DNA of 64,000 bases, from contig JAHLVW010000066.1 of NCBI GenBank assembly GCA_019058275.1, positions 64,001-128,000 on the forward strand, given 5' to 3'. This DNA is from Candidatus Heimdallarchaeota archaeon. GTDB taxonomy: Archaea > Asgardarchaeota > Heimdallarchaeia > JABLTI01. The position numbers and the translations under genes were made by a program. The notes under the pieces are model-generated. The model ran no database searches, was not told the origin of the DNA, and saw nothing but the letters and a program-made list of their open reading frames with translations. How positions within the stretch are numbered: the first letter of the stretch is position 1; each line of letters begins with the position of its first letter. Below are positions 1 to 10,095 of this stretch, in pieces.

Positions 1-194
1 ATATTGTAATCTTTCTCATTTAGTGCAATATCGGTGATAATTATCTTATCCATTTTTTTTATTTTCTTGAGATCATCATCTAGTCTGACAGGATTTGTTA
101 TCCAAATTCTTGCTCCAGGATTAGCAGCTAATGCTATTGCTCCAGCAGTCATTCCATCACAATCGCCATGACAAAGGATAATTATTTCTTCCAT
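1..194 (-). CDS. DHH-family phosphoesterase, N-terminal part (runs off the window)
   Basis: Manual translation from ATG at 194: MEEIIILCHGDCDGMTAGAIAL...IIITDIAL; carries the HxDxDG motif I of the DHH family. Confidence 0.7.
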   Translation of the reverse strand, partial: MEEIIILCHGDCDGMTAGAIALAANPGARIWITNPVRLDDDLKKIKKMDKIIITDIALNEKDYN

Positions 195-318
195 GAGAAT
201 CCCACATTTAGTACTTGTTTACTTTACTCACTAAAGCTAATTAAATTCTACTAGAAACAATTATTTTAAATGACCGTTTAATGCTAATCTAATTAATACA
301 ATCACTGGATGTTTCAAT

Positions 319-1227
319 GTGAGAGTCTTCATTATACACTTCGGTTGGAAGTTAAAACCAAAGACAGTACCATATCTTGTTTATTTACCTGAGGATTCTA
401 CAAAAGAAGAAGTTTATGTTCTTAAACCTGGAGCAAATATAACCATAAAGATTGTACCAAATGAATCCAAATATTGTATTGGTTTCAATAATTATGAAGA
501 TGCAAGATTCTCTTGTCCTACTGCTGAGAAAATTCCTATGAATAGATCTCAATGCCAAAGTTGTAGTTTAAATGAATTTTTCTTCTGTCGTGCTCTATGT
601 CAAGGAGATTTTTGTCAACCTTCTAGTGAAGAAGCAAAAGAGTATTGTTGGAAAAAGAATGCTTATGTTTATTTAACTTACATTGCAGGTAAAATCAAAG
701 TTGGTTCTTCAACAAGTCCCCATCGTAGATGGATAGGTCAGGGAAGTGATGCTGGTATCAGTATTGCAAAAGGTGTTGGATTAGCACCAAGAGCTCTTGA
801 GCATCAAATAGGGACAAAGTATTCACTGCCATTAGGAATTAGATTGACTCAAAAAGTCAAATTACTGGGAAAATCAATAGACAAAAAAACAATTGAAAAA
901 GAGATAATGTTACTCGTTGATGAAATCCAAAAATCCATGAAATCTGAGATATTGATTCCTCGAGATAAACTTGAACCAATAACATTTTTAGATGAATTTT
1001 ATGGCAATATTCCTACAATCACTGCTAGACCAATACTAAAGAAGTTAGAGTCAACCGGATTAGAAATAAGTGGAGAAATTATTGGCATAAAAGGAACTAT
1101 TCTTGTTGTTAAGAATGTGGGTACATATTTTGCATTAAACTTAAGCTCACTTATTGGTCTTAATGCAACAATAACCGATGATGCTCAAGAGATGAAAGGA
1201 CAAAAAAGTTTATTTGATTTTGTGTAA
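319..1227 (+). CDS. DUF2797-family protein (Cys-rich, VYL...KVG...RWxxQG) with C-terminal PIP-like motif
   Basis: YCIG...CP...QCQSC, YVYLTY...KVGSS...RRWIGQG; ends in QKSLFDFV. Confidence 0.75.
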   Translation: MRVFIIHFGWKLKPKTVPYLVYLPEDSTKEEVYVLKPGANITIKIVPNESKYCIGFNNYEDARFSCPTAEKIPMNRSQCQSCSLNEFFFCRALCQGDFCQPSSEEAKEYCWKKNAYVYLTYIAGKIKVGSSTSPHRRWIGQGSDAGISIAKGVGLAPRALEHQIGTKYSLPLGIRLTQKVKLLGKSIDKKTIEKEIMLLVDEIQKSMKSEILIPRDKLEPITFLDEFYGNIPTITARPILKKLESTGLEISGEIIGIKGTILVVKNVGTYFALNLSSLIGLNATITDDAQEMKGQKSLFDFV

Positions 1228-1261
1228 AGATCAAACATGTGATTTTTTTTATTTGGGATAT

Positions 1262-1864
1262 TTACAGACTAATATTTTTCTTGATCAACCTTGAAATATA
1301 TGCTAGAACTACAATAATTGATAGTATTAATAGAATTGAAATGGCAATATTGTAAACTAAATTAGTATTAATTCTAACTGCACTCTCATCCGATCTTTCA
1401 TTTAAACCCCAGATCATTAGAATGATGCTATTTGTTAATGTAAATCCAAGGGTTATAAAATAAGGCCATATTAGTTTTGAAAGAAATCCTATTCTAGTTA
1501 AATCAGCCTTAATTATTGGAATTATCACTTGGATTATCCCTATAGCCATTGAACTAGCAAGTGAAAAAATTAGGAGCCAACCTGCTGCAAATGGAAAACC
1601 TTCTTCGATTCCTATTTCTGTAGTATGAGTTTCTAAATCTTGCAGCAGAAAATTACCATTCCATGAAACGTATATTATTTGATCTTGCAATAGAATACTT
1701 TTGAGTATTATTGGGTTTATGAGATTAACAATGAGCATGATTAGAAAATTGATAAACAAGATTAAGCCAATCATAATAATTGGATCTTTTAATCTTTGAA
1801 GATACACATTTTTCTTAACTGATCTAGTAGATTTGTCAGACATATTATAACCTCTAATCCTCAT
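1262..1864 (-). CDS. Hypothetical membrane protein (~4 TM)
   Basis: 200-aa ORF with hydrophobic segments; start may be ATG ~1843. Confidence 0.6.
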   Translation of the reverse strand: MRIRGYNMSDKSTRSVKKNVYLQRLKDPIIMIGLILFINFLIMLIVNLINPIILKSILLQDQIIYVSWNGNFLLQDLETHTTEIGIEEGFPFAAGWLLIFSLASSMAIGIIQVIIPIIKADLTRIGFLSKLIWPYFITLGFTLTNSIILMIWGLNERSDESAVRINTNLVYNIAISILLILSIIVVLAYISRLIKKNISL

Positions 1865-2306
1865 TCTGAAATGATTTTTTGTGAATACTTACTGCTACCA
1901 ATACAAATGGTAGAATAATTGCTACTACAGATAAAACAACTGAAAAAACTGCTAAACCATGAGCTGTTGAATTTAAATCATTGTTAACTATGTAGTTTAG
2001 TAGTACAATAAATGGAACAACACCTTCTACAAGTGACCCCATAATTGCCCATAAATAACTTCCTTCAAAGTAAATAAAATTCAATGTACCTCCACACATC
2101 AAAATCATTAGTATCCCAAAATAAAGAAATATATCAACGAAAGTAAATAACTCATTTGCAGGGAAAAATAATGCTATAATATTTAACATGAAAAAGACTG
2201 ATAATAATAATGAAATCAACATTCCTCTCTTTCCAAGATAATAAGCAAGGTATGTATCCTTGCTAAATAATCTCTTCCAAGCTGAACGTTTTTTACTCTG
2301 TTCCAT
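1854..2306 (-). CDS. Hypothetical membrane protein (~4 TM)
   Basis: 150-aa ORF with hydrophobic segments. Confidence 0.6.
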   Translation of the reverse strand: MEQSKKRSAWKRLFSKDTYLAYYLGKRGMLISLLLSVFFMLNIIALFFPANELFTFVDIFLYFGILMILMCGGTLNFIYFEGSYLWAIMGSLVEGVVPFIVLLNYIVNNDLNSTAHGLAVFSVVLSVVAIILPFVLVAVSIHKKSFQNED

Positions 2307-2402
2307 TTCATGCTCATACCTATGTCTCTATTCAGAATAGTATTTGTAAGCTTGATTTTAAAGATTAGCTACATCCCTCATAAAACATATTATTATCAAC
2401 TA

Positions 2403-2915
2403 TCACTTATCAATAATTTCTAGTAATTGCTGAGCACAAACTGGACAGCTATTTTTAGTTCTAATCCAATCAAGAAGATGATCTTTATGATATAATGATT
2501 CACATACAGGGCATTGAAGTATTTCATCTGTTTCATTTAAGTAGAGTTTGCAAACCATACATATATCATTATTTAGTAGTTTATCAAACTTAATAGCTGT
2601 TAACACCTTATTTGGAGCAATTTCTATTATTCTACTAGTTGCTCTTTGTATTGCTTCTTCAACTCTTTGTTTATATATTTCCTGAGCTTGATTTCTCTTC
2701 TCCTTAATGGAAGCTGGAGTTTCATAATGGTATACTGCCTTTGTTTTTCTTTCAAGATAAATAGCAAAAACAATAGCGGTTACTAGAAGAATCAAGCCGA
2801 TTACTCCTGTAATAATAGCAGCACTTCGTTTTTGTTGAATACCTAATGCAAGTGCAGCAAATAATAGTAATGTTGATAATACAAATAATAATTGCATAAT
2901 TTTTCTTTTGTCCAT
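2403..2915 (-). CDS. Membrane-anchored RING-finger protein (putative E3 ubiquitin ligase)
   Basis: Two N-terminal TM helices; C-terminal CMVC-x12-CPVC-x4-HKDH-x3-W-x6-CPVC. Confidence 0.75.
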   Translation of the reverse strand: MDKRKIMQLLFVLSTLLLFAALALGIQQKRSAAIITGVIGLILLVTAIVFAIYLERKTKAVYHYETPASIKEKRNQAQEIYKQRVEEAIQRATSRIIEIAPNKVLTAIKFDKLLNNDICMVCKLYLNETDEILQCPVCESLYHKDHLLDWIRTKNSCPVCAQQLLEIIDK

Positions 2916-2961
2916 GAATACCCCTTTAACCAATACTTCCTTATGTTGATTTTGTATAACA

Positions 2962-2975
2962 CATTTTTATAGCTT
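2962..2975. repeat. Left target-site duplication CATTTTTATAGCTT
   Basis: Identical 14-mer at 3972-3985. Confidence 0.85.
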
Positions 2976-3971
2976 TGTTAAGTAAACCTAATATGGTGAC
3001 AGTCTTCTCTAGTTAATTAAGTGATATCAACTATGATGAGAAAACTATCACCACAAGAACGATTAGAGCTCTTGCAGATATACTTTTCTGCGAGAACGGA
3101 AAAGGAGCTCTGCGCAGAGCAGCAGCTGAAAGTAACAACACTGTGCAAAAGCAGAGGGATATCTAGGAACAGTTTTTACCACTGGAAGAAGCGATTCGAG
3201 CGAGAAGGCACAGCGGGGTGTTCGACAGACCAGCAGGAAGAAAGCAGCTACCAGGAAGAACCAGCATCCCTGAAGAACTGGTGCAACGAATGATCTTTTG
3301 CAGGCAATTCCTTGGCTTAAGCTTTCGACAGATTGCTGAAGCACTGCAGCGCTTCTTGGTCGTCAGTCACACAACGATCAGACGAATTTTGCACCTGCGA
3401 AAGGTCACAGGAAGGGTCTACAAGCGACGAAAAAAGGTTTGGCAGCGGTTTGAGAGCAAAAAACCCGATGAACTGTGGCAAATCGACCATTCGAGGAGCG
3501 ATTTCGATGGCAAATGGCGTCTGGTGATCATGGACGACCACTCACGAATGGTTCTCTGCTGCGAAGAAGTTTCTTCTCTCAAGAGCAAAGAGTGCTGTGC
3601 CTTACTTTTGCAACCGATTACAAAACTTGCTGGTCGACGACCGAGGAAGCTTTTGAGTGATAATCACCGAGCCTTTCGCTCACGAGCCTTCAAAGAGCTC
3701 TTGTCTCGTCTCGGGATTAGGGCTGTTCATTCTTCTGTTCATCACCCGCAAACCCTTGGGAAAGTCGAGCGATTCAATCGCACCTTCCAGGAGAATGCTT
3801 GGTTGTTTGAGCACCCCCAAGCCTTCCTAAAGTACTACAATTCTGAACGAACCCATTCCTCCCTCTTTGGTCGTACTCCTGCTGAACGTTACTTCCGAGA
3901 AGAAGGCTTTAAAAGTACTATCGAAATCAGTTCTTTAGGAAGAATTGTCACACGATTAGGTTAACTTTACA
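2976..3971 (+). mobile_element. IS481-family insertion sequence (996 bp)
   Basis: Ends TGT...ACA; imperfect ~26-bp terminal IRs (TGTTAAGTAAACCTAATATGGTGACA vs reverse complement TGTAAAGTTAACCTAATCGTGTGACA); GC visibly higher than host; encodes an rve DDE transposase. Confidence 0.9.
3021..3964 (+). pseudogene. IS481 transposase split by a frameshift at ~3218
   Basis: HTH (GISRNSFYHWKKRFEREG) in one frame; FDRP...WQID...DDHSR...SDN...HPQTLGKVERFNRT...YNSERTHSSL in the -1 frame. Confidence 0.8.
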
Positions 3972-3985
3972 CATTTTTATAGCTT
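3972..3985. repeat. Right target-site duplication CATTTTTATAGCTT
   Basis: Identical 14-mer at 2962-2975. Confidence 0.85.
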
Positions 3986-4121
3986 TATAATTAGCTTAAT
4001 TTTGAATTTAATAAAATGTGAGAAAATTTCAATAGATATGAACATAAGATTTTAGTTTAAGGTATCTCCCTATTTAACACCTTTAAGAGCATTTAAGAGA
4101 TTTCATAAAAGAGGACTAAAT

Positions 4122-6587
4122 ATGTCAGACGAGAAATATATTCAGCATAGATATATCAAACCAAATGCTATTGAAGCTCGTCTGTATCAGCAAACAATTT
4201 TTGCTAAAACATTATCAGGGAATACTTTAGTTGTATTGCCTACAGGCTTGGGTAAAACCATAATCCTAGCACTCTTAACTGCGAAAAGAATGGAGCAATA
4301 TCCTGATTCGTTTATCCTAATTATGGCTCCTACAAAACCACTAGTTGAACAACATCTTAAAACATTTCAAAAAACATTCAATATAATCGAAGATGAAATT
4401 GTTATGCTTTCGGGTTCTATTTTACCTGAAAAACGAATGAAGATTTGGAAGCAAGGTCAAATCATCATTGCTACACCTCAAGTTGTGGAAAATGATATAC
4501 TGACTGGAAAACTCGATCTGAGAAAATGTTCCTTGCTAGGTGTTGATGAAGCTCATCGAGCTGTAGGAAATTATGCTTATGTATATGTTGCCAAGCAATA
4601 CATGAAGAAGGCAGCGAATCCATTAATTCTTGGAATTACTGCTTCTCCTGGATCAAAACAAGAAAAAATCAAAGAAGTTTGTAGAAACTTAGTAATAAAT
4701 CACGTAGAGACGCGTATGGAATCTTCTAAAGATGTAAAACCCTATGTACAAAAAACAGATGTCGAATGGGTTCACATTGAATTACCTGAGAAATTCAAAC
4801 GCATCAAAACGTTATTCGAGCGTTCTCTTTCCTATAAATTAAAAGAGCTAAAAAGATTTGGCTGGATTGAATCTTCTAATGTGAACATCAAACGTAAAGA
4901 CCTACTAAAACTTCCTCCACAGATAACCAAACAATTCGACAAAACTGATAATGTTTCTGAGGTGTATTTAGCTCTTGGTCTAGTTGGTGCTTCAATAAGG
5001 TTGACTCATGCGTTGGAGCTCCTCGAGACACAGGGCTTAAGCTCACTATTAAGCTATTTTGAGAAGATGCACAAAGAAGCAAAGAGCTCAAAAGCTACAA
5101 AAACGCTTCTCAGTTTATTAAATGAGGATGCCATAGTTGTTTCCTATGATATTGCCAAGCAAATTCTAGATGAGGGTCATGATCATCCAAAAATACCTGA
5201 ATTAGAACGTATTGCAAGTGAAACTATTTCTAAGAGTCCAGATTCAAGAATCCTTGTTTTCACTCAATATCGGAACTCAGCAAAAAATTTGGCTAATATC
5301 CTAAATAAATTAGATAACATAAATGCTTCGAGGTTTATTGGTCAAGCATCAAAATCCGGTGACAAAGGATTTTCACAAAAGAAACAGCTAGAAGTAATGC
5401 AACAATTCAGAGATGGCTTATTCAATTGTTTGGTTGCAACAAGTGTAGGTGAAGAGGGTTTAGATGTTTCTGAATGTGATTTAGTTGTCTTTTATGAGTG
5501 TGTCCCTTCAGCTATAAGAAACATCCAGCGTAGAGGTAGAACAGGTAGAAAGCGTGCTGGGAAAGTAATAGTTCTAATCACAAAAGGCACTCGAGATGAA
5601 GGTTATTTTTGGGCTGCAAGATATAAAGAGAAGGCTATGAAGAGGAATCTCAGAGAATTGGAAAAATATGGAAAGAAATCCATTGATACTTCACAAAGGA
5701 CCATGGAAGATTTCTTCGCAGCAGCTTCTTCAGAAGCAGATGTTATAGAAGAGGATGTTGCTGAAGTAGATGAACCATTTGATGAGTTATCTATTCTCTC
5801 AGATGAAGCATTAAGTAAACTTGAACAAGAAATTGAACAAGGTTCGCCTACCGACATTAGTGAACTATCTGATGGTGAAAAACAATCCATTGATCAATTC
5901 TTTTCCGAGGAACTTGATTCTTATGAACCTAGAAAAGTTCGTATAATAGTTGACTCACGGGAATCAAGATCTGGTATCGCTAAGGAGCTTTCAGAACTAG
6001 ACATCGAGATAGATTTACAACAGATATCTGTTGGTGATTTTGTTTTAAGCTCAAGAGTAGGTGTTGAAAGAAAAGATGTTGCTGATTTTAGTCAAAGTTT
6101 AATTGACGGAAGACTATTCCCACAATTAATTGCACTGAAAAGGAATTATCAAATTCCCATTTTAATTATAGAGGGTGAAACACTTTACGGTCATAGAGCT
6201 TTGAATCCAAGTGCTATTAGGGGTGCTATAACTGCGATTACATTGAACTTTGATATTCGTATTATCTGGACACGAAGTACTAAAGATTCTGCTAGATACT
6301 TGAAAAGTATTGCTACTCGAGAACAGAAACGATCAGATAGAACTCCTGTTATTAGGAGCGAAAAGGCACCAATTGAATCTTCAGATTTATTGGAATTTAT
6401 CGTTGCTGGCTTTCCTAACATTAATGCTATTCTTGCACGTAGAATTTTGCATAAATTTGGCACTCTTGAAAATTTCTTCAATGCTTCAGTAAAAGAAATT
6501 CATGAAGTAAAGGGTATAGGGAAGAAAATTGCAGAAGAGATTAAAGAATTAATACAAACGAAATATGATAAGGAAGTTAGTGAATAA
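4122..6587 (+). CDS. hef: Hef helicase/nuclease (FANCM/XPF-like: SF2 DEAH helicase + ERCC4 nuclease + HhH)
   Basis: LPTGLGKT, DEAH, TASPG, QRRGRTGR; VDSRE...GDF...VERK nuclease core; GIGKK HhH. Confidence 0.95.
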   Translation: MSDEKYIQHRYIKPNAIEARLYQQTIFAKTLSGNTLVVLPTGLGKTIILALLTAKRMEQYPDSFILIMAPTKPLVEQHLKTFQKTFNIIEDEIVMLSGSILPEKRMKIWKQGQIIIATPQVVENDILTGKLDLRKCSLLGVDEAHRAVGNYAYVYVAKQYMKKAANPLILGITASPGSKQEKIKEVCRNLVINHVETRMESSKDVKPYVQKTDVEWVHIELPEKFKRIKTLFERSLSYKLKELKRFGWIESSNVNIKRKDLLKLPPQITKQFDKTDNVSEVYLALGLVGASIRLTHALELLETQGLSSLLSYFEKMHKEAKSSKATKTLLSLLNEDAIVVSYDIAKQILDEGHDHPKIPELERIASETISKSPDSRILVFTQYRNSAKNLANILNKLDNINASRFIGQASKSGDKGFSQKKQLEVMQQFRDGLFNCLVATSVGEEGLDVSECDLVVFYECVPSAIRNIQRRGRTGRKRAGKVIVLITKGTRDEGYFWAARYKEKAMKRNLRELEKYGKKSIDTSQRTMEDFFAAASSEADVIEEDVAEVDEPFDELSILSDEALSKLEQEIEQGSPTDISELSDGEKQSIDQFFSEELDSYEPRKVRIIVDSRESRSGIAKELSELDIEIDLQQISVGDFVLSSRVGVERKDVADFSQSLIDGRLFPQLIALKRNYQIPILIIEGETLYGHRALNPSAIRGAITAITLNFDIRIIWTRSTKDSARYLKSIATREQKRSDRTPVIRSEKAPIESSDLLEFIVAGFPNINAILARRILHKFGTLENFFNASVKEIHEVKGIGKKIAEEIKELIQTKYDKEVSE

Positions 6588-6595
6588 CTGTTGTA

Positions 6596-6991
6596 TTAAC
6601 TTTCAGAAGCTTTTTCCAATGTCTGAAGTAGCTTATCAATTGCTTCTGTAATTTTTATAATTTCATCAGGATCATCTGTGTTCTCCAGTTTCACCCTTAA
6701 TTGTTCAATTTTTGCATTTATTGTTTTGGTAATGCTTGTTTCTGTTGCACTTGTTTTTGCAGCATTTTTCTTCATTGCTTTTTGAATTTCAGCTGGTAGC
6801 TCCTTTTCATCTTTATAGATCAAAACCTCTTTGTCACAAACCTTGCAATAGATTTTATCTTGAATTTTTATTAAAGGAGAATCACATACTGGACAAGCTG
6901 CATGTAATAAAGTTCCACCTGCTCTTAGTGCCTGTGCGATTGCTTTTATTCCTTTATCATTTTCTGTTTCTTTTTCATCCATTAGTAGCAC
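6596..6991 (-). CDS. UPF0148 / autoantigen-p27-like zinc-ribbon protein
   Basis: LRAGGTLL..ACPVCDSPL...IYCKVC followed by a helical C-terminus. Confidence 0.75.
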   Translation of the reverse strand: MLLMDEKETENDKGIKAIAQALRAGGTLLHAACPVCDSPLIKIQDKIYCKVCDKEVLIYKDEKELPAEIQKAMKKNAAKTSATETSITKTINAKIEQLRVKLENTDDPDEIIKITEAIDKLLQTLEKASES

Positions 6992-6996
6992 CCGAA

Positions 6997-8292
6997 TTAA
7001 AATGAAATTTGTTTTTCAATTGCCTGCTGACCGAATATTTTCTTTGCTGCTTTGTTTACTTTTTCTCTATCCTCTTTATACGAGTAGACTCTAAAAATAT
7101 ACATCATGCCCATTAAAGATTCAAAAATCCTTGATACTTTTCTTATTTTAACTTCTTTTTTAGTTCTATCTGTTCCTTCTCTTACAAACATTGGTATTTC
7201 ATATGCAGGTAAATCTATAGAATGAGAATAGGGAACACTCGGGAGTGTTGGTATATCAATGAATACGCTATCAATACTAACTTTTGCTTCATTAGCTATT
7301 TCTTCAATAAGCTTCTCTCGATACTCCTTTTTACCTAAAGTTGATTGTATGAAATCATCTCGAGTCATAAATTCTCTTTCAAAAGCAACCTTCAGCAATT
7401 TTCTATCAGCTAATTCAGTCATAATTTTTCTAGCTGCTTTACTTTCCATGAGTTGACTCCAAACAGAAAAGTCATCTAGTTTTAGATAATCTTCTGGTTT
7501 TTTGAAGCTTAGTAAACCAATTTCCTTTTCTGCTAGCTCCATTGCTCTAACAATCATCAATTGTGATGCTCTAGATACTTTATGAAAGTAGATTGTTCTA
7601 AAAGATTCAACTCTGGCAATAAGAAATGCTTCTAATGCTGGTAAGGCTGAGTAATTTACTGCTAAATTGTCATTAATTACACCCATTGTATAGAGGATTC
7701 TCATAACATCTACTTGACCATATTCTGCCCCTGTATGATATGAATCTCTAACAATGAAATCCATTTTATCTACATCACACGAACTTGAGATTATCTGATT
7801 AAGAAATCCTTTATTTTTGATGGTCTTATTTCCATGAATAAGATCACATACCTGATCAACCTTTAATCCATTCTCATTTAAAATATCAGCAATTTCTGAT
7901 TCCTTAATTATCCATCTCGAGAGATCTTCATGATTTTTCCTTACTTTTTGAAGTAATGCTTCAAACGTATGAGAAAAGGGTCCATGACCAACATCATGTA
8001 GTAAAGCAGCAATTTTGACCAATGATTTCTCATGATCTGTAATATCAACGTCTTCATCATTACAAAGAGAAGCAGCCATTTTTTCAGCTAAGTAACTCAC
8101 ACCTAAAGAATGTTCAAACCTCGTATGATTTGCTCCAGGATAGACAAATTCAGATCCAGAAAGTTGTTTTATTCTTCTTAAACGTTGAAAAAATCTGGTA
8201 TCGATAAGCTCCCTTTCGAAATCATTTATGAAAATATATCCATGTATTGGGTCTTTAATGAATTGCATTTTATTTGTAGTTGATTTTGTCAT
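6997..8292 (-). CDS. HD-domain phosphohydrolase (SAMHD1/dNTPase-like family)
   Basis: IKDPIHGYI, FQRLRRIKQL, HTRFEHSLG, LLHDVGHGPFSH, DVDKMDFIVRD. Confidence 0.9.
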   Translation of the reverse strand: MTKSTTNKMQFIKDPIHGYIFINDFERELIDTRFFQRLRRIKQLSGSEFVYPGANHTRFEHSLGVSYLAEKMAASLCNDEDVDITDHEKSLVKIAALLHDVGHGPFSHTFEALLQKVRKNHEDLSRWIIKESEIADILNENGLKVDQVCDLIHGNKTIKNKGFLNQIISSSCDVDKMDFIVRDSYHTGAEYGQVDVMRILYTMGVINDNLAVNYSALPALEAFLIARVESFRTIYFHKVSRASQLMIVRAMELAEKEIGLLSFKKPEDYLKLDDFSVWSQLMESKAARKIMTELADRKLLKVAFEREFMTRDDFIQSTLGKKEYREKLIEEIANEAKVSIDSVFIDIPTLPSVPYSHSIDLPAYEIPMFVREGTDRTKKEVKIRKVSRIFESLMGMMYIFRVYSYKEDREKVNKAAKKIFGQQAIEKQISF

Positions 8293-8474
8293 ATAAAAAG
8301 CCCCAGAGTTTCTTAACTACTCTCTACTGCTTCTAATATCGCACAATTGATTTTCAGCTTAAAAAATAATTTGCATATGATTTTTTATTACAAAAAAGTG
8401 ATTTACAGGGATTCTATAATAACTAAAACGATGCATAGATTCTAATTTTTTACCCCTATTGCAACTCTAAATCA

Positions 8475-8873
8475 TTAATGAGTTTGTATTGAAGACATAA
8501 TTTCAGCTAATTTTGGTGCATGTTGAGATAAACTTCTAACAGTTATTGGCATTGATTGCTGGTCTGTAGATCCTCCGATGAGATAGAATCTTCCCAAATC
8601 TTTCAAAACCAAAAAACCATTAGAACCTCTCAAAATTATGTCTTGCAAAGGATTGAAGGACAATCTATCTATAGTCAACTTGCTTGTAGAGACTAAAGCA
8701 GCTGCTACAGCAGAAAGTTCTACAGGATCAATTGATTTATCCTGAGAAAAGAATGCTACTCTCTCGCCTGCATCAGAGACTACTGCTAAAGCTCCTAATT
8801 GTGTTTCAGAGGTAATCTGTTGGAGCACAGTAACTAGCTCTTTCGCTTTGTCTGGTGGTACCTTTATAGACAT
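8475..8873 (-). CDS. Roadblock/LC7-domain protein
   Basis: AVVSDAGE...ELSAVAAALV...IILRGSNGFLVL pattern, 132 aa. Confidence 0.75.
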   Translation of the reverse strand: MSIKVPPDKAKELVTVLQQITSETQLGALAVVSDAGERVAFFSQDKSIDPVELSAVAAALVSTSKLTIDRLSFNPLQDIILRGSNGFLVLKDLGRFYLIGGSTDQQSMPITVRSLSQHAPKLAEIMSSIQTH

Positions 8874-8913
8874 TTTTCTTCAACATGTTATCTATTTTAC
8901 TAATATATAATAT

Positions 8914-9942
8914 TTATTCAATTTCTATTTGAAAAGTACTCATTAGATCTTCAATTCCTTGATCTAATTTTACTTCATCTTTTTCTTTGACTTTCTTTTC
9001 AAGTTTTCTTAATACTTCTACTACTTTTACAACACCTTTTTCAATAATAATTCTTGGAACTCTATCTGGTGCAAGGAAAACTCCTTCTGGAGGGTCTGGT
9101 GGAACTAAAAATTCATTTCCTTGTTGTTTATATACTCCGGTTCCTACAATTATTAATTCTCGTTCATAACCAGCTGGTACTCCTAGTTCTTTCAATAGAC
9201 TGAATGCATGTCTTGGATCAACTTCTTCAATCATTTTTTGATGTGATGGTGTTGGTGCTGCAGCTTGTGCTCTTGGTTGTGCTTGTGGTGGTGGTGCGGG
9301 TGTGCCACTTGACTTTGTGTCAAATTTTTTAGCAGTAGTAGTTCCTGGTGCTGGACGAATGATTTTGGTTTCTTTACCATCACCCATCATTGCACTGAGA
9401 ATAGTTCTTTGTGGTTGTCTTGTTTGTTGTTTTGGTTGAGATTCTGGTCTCTTTGGTCTTGGACCACCAACTTTTGGTTTAACGCCTTCTTTTTTTGATC
9501 CAGCAAATTGACTCATAGAAGCTTTATCCTTATCCGTATAGATAATCTTCTTAGTTGGCTCACTACCTGATAGTTTAAAATCAACACCTGATTCTAATCC
9601 CATCTCTGAAGGATTAGTTGGGATTCCTCTTGTAGTTGAATCAATAACACCAACTGAAGCTTCTCCACGGGAACGTTTTATAGTAAATTCAAACTCTTGG
9701 GTTTCATCACCTTCTTCAACTACAGATAAACGATAAGCAAACCCATAATAGGTTTTTCTAAGTTCAGCAGCAGCTCTGCTGCCAATAAATTTCTTTTTTA
9801 TGCCTGAATTAGCTCCCTTCCAAAGGAATATTCGCTTAAATTGATCATCAACAACAATTATTACTTTTGTACTTTCTGAAATAAACTCATTCTCTTCATC
9901 TAAAGTGCCATCTTCGAGTACTTCATAAAACTTCATTGTCAT
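8914..9942 (-). CDS. Gelsolin-domain protein (one gelsolin domain + Pro/Gln-rich linker + conserved C-terminal domain; 1DGelX-like)
   Basis: VIIVVDDQFKRIFLWKGANS...SRAAAELRK...VVEEGDETQEF gelsolin signature; C-terminal PAGYERELIIVG...PEG...PRIIIE. Confidence 0.75.
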   Translation of the reverse strand: MTMKFYEVLEDGTLDEENEFISESTKVIIVVDDQFKRIFLWKGANSGIKKKFIGSRAAAELRKTYYGFAYRLSVVEEGDETQEFEFTIKRSRGEASVGVIDSTTRGIPTNPSEMGLESGVDFKLSGSEPTKKIIYTDKDKASMSQFAGSKKEGVKPKVGGPRPKRPESQPKQQTRQPQRTILSAMMGDGKETKIIRPAPGTTTAKKFDTKSSGTPAPPPQAQPRAQAAAPTPSHQKMIEEVDPRHAFSLLKELGVPAGYERELIIVGTGVYKQQGNEFLVPPDPPEGVFLAPDRVPRIIIEKGVVKVVEVLRKLEKKVKEKDEVKLDQGIEDLMSTFQIEIE

Positions 9943-10095
9943 TTTATTGCATTCTCCATTAAACGCGTACGAATTCGTATCTTTTGTTTTAACAACAACT
10001 CATTGTTTTCTGAATACACGCATAAATTATCCTAAATAACCTTTACTCTATGTATATAAAATCCCTTTTGGTATTGACAAAAAATAACAAATTAT

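Noticed and set aside
9968-9979. Perfect 12-bp palindrome TACGAATTCGTA upstream of the gelsolin gene
   Set aside because: Single occurrence with no supporting second site; could arise by chance.
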